DNA from: Patescibacteria group bacterium | Lineage (GTDB): Bacteria > Patescibacteriota > Patescibacteriia > Patescibacteriales > UBA12075 | Assembly: GCA_018897195.1 (NCBI GenBank) | Contig: JAHILH010000005.1 | Coordinates: forward strand, 64,745-128,744 | Length of the DNA stretch: 64,000 bases | Direction: 5' to 3' | Shown: piece after piece, positions 1-6,945 of the stretch | Layout: every line of letters begins with the position of its first letter | Position numbering within the stretch: the first letter of the stretch is position 1 | Made by a program: the position numbers and the translations under genes | The notes under the pieces: generated by a model | Databases searched by the model: none | The model's input: the letters and a program-made list of their open reading frames with translations, nothing else | Told to the model about the DNA's origin: nothing

Positions 1-473
1 TTTTCACGAGCACCTAGCTTGGTCGAAGTTAAATCCATATCATCAAACAAACCCTTAAAATCATCTTCACTTGCTGTGCCTGCTGATGTTTTCTCAATGT
101 CATTGAGAACATTTTTAAGATCCTCCAAGATAAATGTGTTCTCACCTTTTATCTCACCCTTGCCCTTTTTAACCAGATAAGAAAAAAGCTCGGTTGGCTT
201 TAAGAAAAAACCGAGATGACCGATACAGCCAGTTTTAACATGTTCCAAGTAAGTCTTTCCATCCTTAGTATTTTCTTTTATTTCCGCAAATTTAAAATCC
301 TCACTCGCCAAAAGTTTTTCATCAACATAACGCTCCAACTTCTCCGATAGATACTTGTAAAAAATAAAACCAAGAATATAATTCTTGTATTCATCAGCAT
401 TCATCTTACCACGGAGCACATTTGCCACGCCCCACAGTTGCTTTTCAAGTAGTCTTTTTTGTTCTTCTGACAT
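1..473 (-). CDS. hsdM: Type I restriction-modification methyltransferase subunit HsdM, N-terminal part (gene continues past the left edge)
   Basis: Not in the ORF track because it is open at the window edge. Hand translation from the ATG at 473-471 gives MSEEQKRLLEKQLWGVANVLRGKMNADEYKNYILGFIFYKYLSEKLE..., which matches the HsdM N-terminal domain signature (LW..A..LRG....EYK.YILG.IFYKYLS). Confidence 0.75.
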   Translation of the reverse strand, partial: MSEEQKRLLEKQLWGVANVLRGKMNADEYKNYILGFIFYKYLSEKLERYVDEKLLASEDFKFAEIKENTKDGKTYLEHVKTGCIGHLGFFLKPTELFSYLVKKGKGEIKGENTFILEDLKNVLNDIEKTSAGTASEDDFKGLFDDMDLTSTKLGARE

Positions 474-693
474 AGTTTATTAGTTAAAGTTAGAGATAAT
501 AAAACATTAACGATATATTAAAATTTTACTCCAGTATTAGAGTAAAGTCAATTTCTTATTTAACACTTATTTAATACTTATTGAACAAATAAAGAGCTAA
601 TAAATAAAAAAATAACACGAAATTTTACATGGTTCGTGCTATTATTAGTGCGAATAGAATATCCGAAGATGCATTCTTTTTTCGAATTGGTTT

Positions 694-1101
694 TTATACA
701 GAGGTCTTGCTTAGCAATACGGCATTAGTATCATAAGCATTCCAATAGAGATGGGTTGTAATAAGTACTAGCAGATCAAATCCCAAGGCTTCAAGTGAAA
801 ATAAATTAGTAGGATTGGTATATAAATCATAAAAACTATAGGCCATTAAAATTGGCATCGCACATAAAAAAAGCAAATTAAGCCATCGTCTCTTTGGTAA
901 TTTTTGAGCGACCATATAAGCAAGCATGGTTGATAATATTATAAACGATGACAATGACTCAATCTGTGCATCAAGACCATGTTGCTCAACGAGAGATAAT
1001 ATTAACAGAGATAATGATACAAGAACACCGCACGCTAAACACGAGGCAATAAAATAATAAGTTGTCCAAAAGCTTAATTCAGCTATTTTTTGTAGTTTCA
1101 T
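694..1101 (-). CDS. Hypothetical multi-pass membrane protein, paralog of 1120..1572
   Basis: ORF track. Mostly hydrophobic segments. The N-terminus MKLQKIAELSFW resembles MKLKKLWELNIW in the neighbour. A 26-nt 5' flank is 25/26 identical between the two genes (1096-1121 vs 1567-1592). Confidence 0.5.
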   Translation of the reverse strand: MKLQKIAELSFWTTYYFIASCLACGVLVSLSLLILSLVEQHGLDAQIESLSSFIILSTMLAYMVAQKLPKRRWLNLLFLCAMPILMAYSFYDLYTNPTNLFSLEALGFDLLVLITTHLYWNAYDTNAVLLSKTSV

Positions 1102-1119
1102 AATTTTTGTTTTAGCTAT

Positions 1120-1572
1120 TTAAATTTTAAATAAAAAGTCATCGCCATTTTCTATATATTGATATAACACAAAACCAATACCCAATAATACGGCAACACT
1201 ACTTATTGTAAGAATATTAAAACCAAGGTCAAAATAATAAACATAAGTAATAAAGTTAAACAAGATTACTGCCAAGGATATTGATAATACAAAGGCTATA
1301 CCAATAATTTTTCTAAACATTGGGGCTACTCGCAAACTAAGATACATGGCCAACGCACCTGATATACCTGGACCGAATAACTCTTTAAAGAAAATTCTAT
1401 TAAAATTCATGCCTTCCGTAATGAATAGATTTTGAATAAACATGAGAGCTGACGTCAATAAACCAATAACAAAAATACTAACAATAAAAACTACCACAAA
1501 CACTGGCAAAATGGCAATAAAGCGAAAAATTATTTTCCAAATATTTAATTCCCACAGTTTTTTTAATTTCAT
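1120..1572 (-). CDS. Hypothetical multi-pass membrane protein, paralog of 694..1101
   Basis: ORF track. Hydrophobic throughout. Shares its N-terminus and 5' flank with the neighbouring gene. Confidence 0.5.
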   Translation of the reverse strand: MKLKKLWELNIWKIIFRFIAILPVFVVVFIVSIFVIGLLTSALMFIQNLFITEGMNFNRIFFKELFGPGISGALAMYLSLRVAPMFRKIIGIAFVLSISLAVILFNFITYVYYFDLGFNILTISSVAVLLGIGFVLYQYIENGDDFLFKI

Positions 1573-1615
1573 AATTTTTGTTTTAGTTATTTGAATTAAT
1601 TTTATTATTTAATTA

Positions 1616-2161
1616 TCAGCTTTTTTTAATTTCATGATTTCGATTTAATGCAAATTTATTTACAAGAATGTAAAAAAATACAATTATCAAAAGCAACAAA
1701 AATTCATTTACTATTATATTGCCCCAGTTTTTTTTATATTCATACTCCACTCGCCAATTTTTCTCCCAAGGTTTATGAAGATATATAATATCGATATTAT
1801 TTACTGTTTTTAACAATATAGCCCCATATGATATATTATCAAAGTCGCTACATTCCTTGCTAATCTTTTGCTCCTCTAATTTCTGCATCTCCTTTGCCAT
1901 GTTATAACTATTTTTTCTAGGACTTCCACTTTCTTCAAGAAATTTTTCCCTAAAGAATTCTAGCATATATGAATATTTATATAATTTCTTTCCATTGTCG
2001 CAGGTAATATTTTCAAAATTATCAACGCTCTTAGCCATTTGTGTATATTTTTTAAATATATAGACAGTTCCTAATAAAAAAACAATGGCTAGCAATGCAA
2101 ATATCGACTTATTGATTATTTTATTTTTTTTCTTAATTTCTGTATTATCAAATATATACAT
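1616..2161 (-). CDS. Hypothetical membrane-anchored protein (N- and C-terminal hydrophobic segments)
   Basis: ORF track. Candidate TM segments are SIFALLAIVFLLGTVYIF and LLLLIIVFFYILV. No recognisable catalytic motif. Confidence 0.4.
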   Translation of the reverse strand: MYIFDNTEIKKKNKIINKSIFALLAIVFLLGTVYIFKKYTQMAKSVDNFENITCDNGKKLYKYSYMLEFFREKFLEESGSPRKNSYNMAKEMQKLEEQKISKECSDFDNISYGAILLKTVNNIDIIYLHKPWEKNWRVEYEYKKNWGNIIVNEFLLLLIIVFFYILVNKFALNRNHEIKKS

Positions 2162-2184
2162 GATTTTAATTTTATATATTTTTA

Positions 2185-2784
2185 TTATTTAGATTTTCTC
2201 CATCCAGCTTCAACCGCCTCATCTTCACCACAAAACCAACTCTCGCCCCTCAATTCATCAATTTTAGTTTTGCTATAATAATTGTCACCTATCAAATGGT
2301 AAATTTTTTCACCAGTCTTTGAAATGTTGCCCTTAATATTGCACCATGGCTTAAACCAAAAAACTTGAGCAGAAACAATTACAACCAAAACAAAAATACC
2401 AGCAAAAATATATTTCATTTTATTATTATAAAAAAAAGACCGTAATAAATCCGTATTACGGTTAGCCTGGCTTAATATTGGCAAAGATTCTTTTTCTATC
2501 TTTTTAACTACTCCATCAATTCGATAAATCTTATTTTCATATTTCACAATCTCAGCACCTATGATCGTATTGATTTTATATCTGTACTGTCGAATGTGAT
2601 CCTCGTCATAATCTTTCGCCCTATCTAGCTCGTCACCTATCTCAGAAATATTTGCCGATCCGTGTTTACACAAAAAAATTAGAACGCGAAAAGCATTGCC
2701 AGTTAAACAAAGCTCTTTGTCATTCTCGTCAACTATAGTTTTTAACACTTCATTTAGCGCAAAGTGCTTGTGCTTGTAGATCAT
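2185..2784 (-). CDS. ToxR/CadC-like membrane-anchored transcriptional regulator (N-terminal OmpR/PhoB-type winged helix, one TM, short extracytoplasmic C-terminal domain)
   Basis: The N-terminal stretch F.L.......LTGNAFRVLIFLCKHGSANISEIGDEL...IRQYRYKINTIIG..I.....YRI resembles trans_reg_C winged helices. A TM segment follows (YIFAGIFVLVVIVSAQVFWF). The C-terminal motif is CNIKGNIS..GEKIYH......Y..T.......WFC.EDEA.EAGWRKSK. Confidence 0.5.
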   Translation of the reverse strand: MIYKHKHFALNEVLKTIVDENDKELCLTGNAFRVLIFLCKHGSANISEIGDELDRAKDYDEDHIRQYRYKINTIIGAEIVKYENKIYRIDGVVKKIEKESLPILSQANRNTDLLRSFFYNNKMKYIFAGIFVLVVIVSAQVFWFKPWCNIKGNISKTGEKIYHLIGDNYYSKTKIDELRGESWFCGEDEAVEAGWRKSK

Positions 2785-2821
2785 TTATTGTGCATTATGT
2801 CGAGATAATTTTTGATAAAAA

Positions 2822-2989
2822 AACGGACACCCGACCTGCAAAAAAATACAATTGGTATCCGTGAAGATCCCGCATGCGTTTTTGGTCGGAGTGTCCGTTC
2901 CTGCGCGCATACGAAGAAATAATGCCAAAATGGCACTAATATTAAATCTTCACGATTATGAAATTGTATTTTTTTGCATTTTAATTATA
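2822..2989 (-). promoter_or_regulatory. Structured 5' leader of the ToxR-like gene: candidate terminator/antiterminator (riboswitch-like or attenuator) element with its own -10
   Basis: Three inverted-repeat pairs were read directly. IR-2: 2837-2853 tgcaaaaaaatacaatt pairs with 2962-2978 (17/17). IR-3: 2860-2868 cgtgaagat pairs with 2946-2954 (9/9). IR-1: 2822-2836 aacggacacccgacc pairs with 2884-2899 (one bulge). On the minus strand IR-1 is followed by a U7 run (2817-2823). A minus-strand TATAAT lies at 2989-2984. Confidence 0.4.
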
Positions 2990-3096
2990 CCATGACTACA
3001 AAAATTTACAATACACTTTGAGAGTTATTCATCACAATAACAAGACCAAAAAAATATTCATACCAATATCATTAAAAAACCCAGCAAATATACTAG

Positions 3097-3125
3097 TTGA
3101 CTTTCTATAAAATATGTGCTATAAT
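3097..3125 (+). promoter_or_regulatory. Strong sigma70-type promoter facing the recoded gene module
   Basis: TTGACT (3097-3102), a 17-nt spacer, then TATAAT (3120-3125) preceded by TGc (extended -10). Confidence 0.55.
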
Positions 3126-3200
3126 ATATAATATAAAATGATAGAATTCGCATCATATAGACTCAATTAAAAACATTTAGCATTAAATCTTATTTATCAA

Positions 3201-3410
3201 ATGAACAAACAGACAATTTCAAAATTTTGAACAGAGCACTCCAAGAACAGTTACCGTTCTGATTCTTACTTGTCCATCAACGATTGATCAATAACAAATC
3301 AAATTAATATACACATCCGATGATCCCCTCCCCGCGAGATTATGGATGTTTTTTTATATCCAAAAAATATCTTACCAGCAAATCCAACGAGGATACTGCA
3401 AATTAAATAA
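3201..3410 (+). CDS. Candidate small ORF, open only if three in-frame TGA codons are sense (weak call)
   Basis: Hand translation gives 69 codons with no TAA/TAG and TGA at 3228, 3285 and 3321. The product has no recognisable motif, and the ORF overlaps a weak hairpin plus T-run at 3313-3356. Confidence 0.2.
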
Positions 3411-3486
3411 ATTATAATTAATGGTTGGAGAATTTAAATATTTCCGACCACTGTTTTGCCACAAGCATAACTTGCAATAAAAATGT

Positions 3487-4050
3487 ATGTCCATGAAATT
3501 TAAACCGAAGTTTTTAATTATTCCTTTTCAAGTTTGTGAAAATGAAAATTTAAGAGCATCAGACAAACTTGTATATTGAATAATTCACTACTACAGCAAG
3601 ATGGGGAAGAAAAAATGCATCGCGTCAAATGAAAGTATTAGAGAGTTAGTCTGATTTAAAAACGAAAGAAATGTACAAGATGCTATTGTTCGTCTGGAGT
3701 CAGAATGATGGGTTGAGCGTACATTTAGGACGATCAGTAAATCTAGAAGAACTGGAATAATATGTTACGATTTTCAACAAATTGAAAAAATGAAAAAAAA
3801 CTTGATCGTGCTGGAGTGATCAATTAACCATCAGATCAGTAATAGTGATAAGGAAACAACTATATCTAAAGATATAGTTAGCGCCAATAAATTGTCGCTA
3901 GGTAATACAATTAATAATTGACCATTAACTAATAGATATAATGGTCAAGCTCTACACTGTTCCGAAAATTGCACCGAATTAATGAATAGCCAAATATCAT
4001 CTAGCGCGTTATACGATCTCCATGATCAATATAATAATTACAGTTATTAA
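3487..4050 (+). CDS. Winged-helix DNA-binding protein (phage/plasmid replication- or regulator-like), open only with five in-frame TGA read as sense (best fit Gly)
   Basis: Hand translation gives 188 codons with no TAA/TAG in very AT-rich DNA. TGA codons start at 3577, 3652, 3706, 3817 and 3919. The sequence ...FLIIPFQVCENENLRASDKLVY*IIHYYSKMGKKKCIASNESIRELV*FKNERNVQDAIVRLESE*WVERTF... places two of them at classic wHTH glycine positions. Ends with TAA at 4048-4050. Confidence 0.6.
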
Positions 4051-4189
4051 TATAGCTGCAAAAAGCGATTAAACAATCACACAGTAATCATAATTTCATA
4101 AGATGGCTAAAAAAAATAAGAACAGTCAAAAAATATAACTAATTATTTTACTATTTAACGACAAAAAATCGTTAAATTCAATTAACATT

Positions 4190-4570
4190 ATGCAAACTAT
4201 TGCAGAAAAAATTTGAGTTTTAACTCGAAGACACCAAGATTGGTCGAGTTATTTAGTATTAACTGAGTTCGTCAAAGACAAACAAATGACGGCAAAGAAA
4301 ATTAAAAAACTCTTTAACCGATTTGTAGATACAGAAGATTTTGACAAATCAGAAAAGAAATCCATATTAAGACATTTGTTCAACTTATCAAATGCCGTAT
4401 CAAAGGAAGATGAACATAGTGATCAAGGACAAATCCAACATCATAATAAGGAAATAAATCTGAATAAGCAAAATAATGAATATGCGTTACCAGTGACCAA
4501 TTTAAGACCACACATATCTGGGCGATTTTACCGCAAAAAAAATTCAAAATTGGTCGCAGGTGAAAAATAA
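4190..4570 (+). CDS. Hypothetical protein with an N-terminal HTH-like start, containing one in-frame TGA (extends track ORF 4286..4570 upstream)
   Basis: The frame is continuous from the ATG at 4190: MQTIAEKI*VLTRRHQDWSSYLVLTEFVKDKQ-MTAKKIKK.... TGA lies at 4214-4216 in an IAEKI[G]V context. An upstream in-frame TAA sits at 4157. Confidence 0.45.
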
Positions 4571-4696
4571 ATAACATCTTCGACCAAAGTCACCTTAATT
4601 GAATATACCGAGCTTAAATTGGTAATTTGGTATTAAAAAATGCACCTTTAAAAGAGGATTGCAATTAATAAATTTTAATCGTATGATGTTGATGTC

Positions 4697-4716
4697 ATTG
4701 TGGCAATTACCACAAT
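4697..4716. promoter_or_regulatory. Inverted repeat upstream of xis (possible operator)
   Basis: attgtgg-caatta-ccacaat, with 7-bp perfect arms, ends 24 nt upstream of the xis ATG. Confidence 0.3.
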
Positions 4717-4739
4717 CAATGTTGTACTTTAACAATTAA

Positions 4740-4937
4740 ATGAACAATTCAAAACACAACAAACTAATATCACCTAAAGAATTAGCGGATATCCTTGGCT
4801 TATCGCTCGCATCAATCTACAGATTAACCTGAGACAGACGAATACCTTTCTATCAGATTGGTTGAGTTCTAAGATTTAAGCAAGAGGATGTTGATAGTTA
4901 TCTAAGTGATACTAGAGTTGAAATGATGAGTCTATAA
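4740..4937 (+). CDS. xis: Excisionase / HTH_17-type DNA-binding protein with two in-frame TGA codons
   Basis: Hand translation: MNNSKHNKLISPKELADILGLSLASIYRLT*DRRIPFYQIG*VLRFKQEDVDSYLSDTRVEMMSL. This fits the excisionase-family pattern (L...E.A..LG.S..TIYR......IP....IG...RF...D...(W/Y)L). TGA codons at 4830 and 4863. TAA at 4935-4937 lies 5 nt before the int ATG. Confidence 0.65.
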
Positions 4938-4942
4938 ATTAT

Positions 4943-6085
4943 ATGAGTGCATACAAACGAAAAAACAAATGGTGGGTAGCGTTCATGATAGATGGTCATA
5001 GAATCAGACAATGCAGTCCTGATAACACCAAGGCTGGTGCGATAGTCTTTGAATCACAGCTAAGACAAAAAATAGCCAATGGGTCGCTAACGAGAGCGAA
5101 CAGTAAAGCTAAGTCCATGAGATACAAAGACTTTGTTCCAATGTGGCTAAAAGATTATGTGGAGGTGAATAGTAAGCCATCGGATATTGTCGCAAAGAAA
5201 ATGATTCTAAGAGTTCATTTACTGCCCTACTTTGGTGAAATGAAAATTGATCAAATTACCAATCGTATCATTGAGCAGTTCAAAGCCATACAGCAAAGAA
5301 ATAAAAAATCCCCTAAAACAATCAATAATCATTTAGGGGTATTGAGAAAATCTTTGGCAACTGCCGACGATTGGGGTCTACAGGTTACCATCCCAAAAAT
5401 AAAACCACTAAAAGTAATGCTTGCCGAAGTTAGCTTTCTAACAGTTGAAGAATGTGAAAATGTTTTACAATCAGCTGATGACATCTGGCATGATATGATT
5501 CTGTTGGTAATGAAAACTGGATTGCGTTTTGGTGAATTGGTTGCCCTAAACTGGCAGGATATCGATTTTGCAAATAAGCAAATAACCGTCTGTCGATCAA
5601 TCGTCAAGAACATTCCTCAAAACAGCACCAAGAGCAACAAGATTCGTCATGTGCCTTTTGGAAATGAGGTTGAACAAATGTTAATACTTCGCAAAAGTGC
5701 ATCAATCAATGAATATGTGTTTTCTAATAAACACGGTGAGTTTATGAAATCAGCCACTTGCAGAACTAATTTAATTAGAATCTGTAAGCAAGTCGGTGTA
5801 ACTAAAATTGGCTGGCATTTATTGAGGCATACATTCGCATCGCACCTATCGGAAAATAACATCTCACCAATTATCATTCAAAAGCTTCTTGGGCACAGCG
5901 ATATCAAGACAACAATGAGATATGCTCACCTAGGAAATGAAGTAACCAGAGAGGCGGTGAAGACGCTTGAAAGACCTATTATTTTAGAAGGTTGCCACAA
6001 TTTTGCCACAAAGGTAGATAATGACACAAAAACTGATAAAATAATAGAAAGATTTACTGCTAATATAAAACAAGAACAGGAATAA
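4943..6085 (+). CDS. int: Tyrosine recombinase / phage-type integrase
   Basis: ORF track, 380 aa. N-terminal SAM-like domain. Catalytic motifs TGLRFGEL (Arg), HLLRHTFASHL (H-x-x-R) and TTMRYAHL (Tyr). No in-frame TGA. Adjacent to a tRNA. Confidence 0.9.
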   Translation: MSAYKRKNKWWVAFMIDGHRIRQCSPDNTKAGAIVFESQLRQKIANGSLTRANSKAKSMRYKDFVPMWLKDYVEVNSKPSDIVAKKMILRVHLLPYFGEMKIDQITNRIIEQFKAIQQRNKKSPKTINNHLGVLRKSLATADDWGLQVTIPKIKPLKVMLAEVSFLTVEECENVLQSADDIWHDMILLVMKTGLRFGELVALNWQDIDFANKQITVCRSIVKNIPQNSTKSNKIRHVPFGNEVEQMLILRKSASINEYVFSNKHGEFMKSATCRTNLIRICKQVGVTKIGWHLLRHTFASHLSENNISPIIIQKLLGHSDIKTTMRYAHLGNEVTREAVKTLERPIILEGCHNFATKVDNDTKTDKIIERFTANIKQEQE

Positions 6086-6101
6086 AACCCTGCTCTTGTA
6101 C

Positions 6102-6192
6102 TGGCGGAGAAGGAGGGATTCGAACCCTCGGTCCGCTTTCACGGACAACGCTTTTCGAGAGCGTCGCCTTCAACCACTCGAGCCACTTCTCC
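6102..6192 (-). tRNA. tRNA-Ser (anticodon CGA), long variable arm, encoded CCA
   Basis: The reverse complement reads GGAGAAG-TG-GCTC..GAGTGGTTGAAGGCG-ACGCT-CTCGAAA-AGCGT-TGTCCGTGAAAGCGGACC-GAGGG-TTCGAAT-CCCTC-CTTCTCC-GCCA. It shows a 7-bp acceptor stem, the anticodon loop CT-CGA-AA, the T-loop TTCGAAT, and a class II variable arm. Confidence 0.9.
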
Positions 6193-6203
6193 AAATTTAT
6201 ATT

Positions 6204-6941
6204 TTATTTTTTTACCTTTTTCACAACCTCTTTCTTCTTCTCAACCATCAACCCCTTCACTTCCGCCTCACTCAAATATCGCCACTCTCCCACTTTCAAA
6301 TCACCCATCTCCAAACTCCCAATTTTTATCCTTGCCAATTCAAGCACATCACAACCTAGAACGCCGAACATTCTACGGATTTGTCTTTTCTTGCCCTGGG
6401 TTAAGATTATTTCAAACTTATCAGTGCCAACCGCTTTGATATTTTTGGCTTTAACAATGCCATCGCCATCACCGATGTCGACACCTTGCTTAAAATCGTT
6501 TTGAATAATACGTGCCTCAAGGCCTCGACTGACAATACTGACTAAATACTTTTTTTCATGCTCATATTTCGGATGCGTTATTTTCTGAGTTAAGGCGCCG
6601 TCGTTAGTCAACAAAACTAAGCCTTCGCTATTCTTATCTAAGCGACCAACCACAAATAAACGTTCTTTGGCGTTGACTAAGTCAAAAATATTTTTCTCAT
6701 CAACAAACTGGCGACTGGTACAGGTATAGCCTTTTGGTTTATTCAAAATAATATACACCAACTTTTCTTGTCTATAGATTTGCACACCATCAAGCAAAAC
6801 TTCGTCGTGTTCGTCGACGCGATCACCCAGTTTTGCCACCTTATCATTAATCATTACCAAACCATCCTTGATAAAATCTTCGGCCTTGCGACGTGAACAA
6901 ACTCCAGCTTCAGCGATAAATTTTTGTAATACTATTTTCAT
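6204..6941 (-). CDS. rRNA pseudouridine synthase, RsuA/RluB family (S4 domain + catalytic domain)
   Basis: N-terminal S4-like QKFIAEAGVCSRRKAEDFIKDGLVMINDK. Catalytic-Asp motif GRLDKNSEGLVLLTNDG. KKRQIRRM motif near the C-terminus. Confidence 0.85.
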   Translation of the reverse strand: MKIVLQKFIAEAGVCSRRKAEDFIKDGLVMINDKVAKLGDRVDEHDEVLLDGVQIYRQEKLVYIILNKPKGYTCTSRQFVDEKNIFDLVNAKERLFVVGRLDKNSEGLVLLTNDGALTQKITHPKYEHEKKYLVSIVSRGLEARIIQNDFKQGVDIGDGDGIVKAKNIKAVGTDKFEIILTQGKKRQIRRMFGVLGCDVLELARIKIGSLEMGDLKVGEWRYLSEAEVKGLMVEKKKEVVKKVKK

Positions 6942-6945
6942 ATCT

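Larger units (their letters stand above)
3097..6101 (+). mobile_element. Integrative element (or remnant) next to the 3' end of tRNA-Ser(CGA): promoter, recoded wHTH genes, xis, int. Left boundary not defined and may extend leftward.
   Basis: A tyrosine integrase ends 16 nt from the tRNA 3' end, with an excisionase-like gene immediately upstream. The region is AT-rich relative to its flanks (by eye). No att direct repeat was found by eye. Confidence 0.55.

Noticed and set aside
1-3100. Search for an att direct repeat matching the 3' part of tRNA-Ser (6102-6145)
   Set aside because: No convincing match was seen by eye (no ggattcgaaccc or ggcggagaagg). The island's left boundary is left undefined rather than guessed.
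3313-3356. Hairpin acatcc...ggatgt followed by T7, considered as an intrinsic terminator defining a ~220-nt sRNA from the 3097 promoter (possibly a suppressor tRNA-like RNA)
   Set aside because: The stem is only ~6 bp with a ~25-nt loop. I found no tRNA-like cloverleaf, T-loop or UCA anticodon loop in 3130-3350. It is not called as a terminator or as an RNA gene.
4286-4570. Track ORF of 94 aa taken at face value
   Set aside because: The same frame stays open upstream to the ATG at 4190, with a single TGA at 4214. It is replaced by the longer recoded call.
3201-4937. Alternative explanations for the TGA-interrupted frames: ordinary pseudogene decay, or TGA=Trp (table 4)
   Set aside because: Decay should introduce TAA/TAG at least as often as TGA in DNA this AT-rich, yet none occurs in 381 codons of the three confident frames. 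Trp fits poorly at LESE*WVER, ELV*FK and AEKI*VL, where HTH families carry Gly. Both alternatives remain formally open until alignments are made.
6096-6359. Track ORF (+, 87 aa)
   Set aside because: It is a translation across the tRNA-Ser gene and antisense to the pseudouridine synthase gene. Low-complexity product; spurious.
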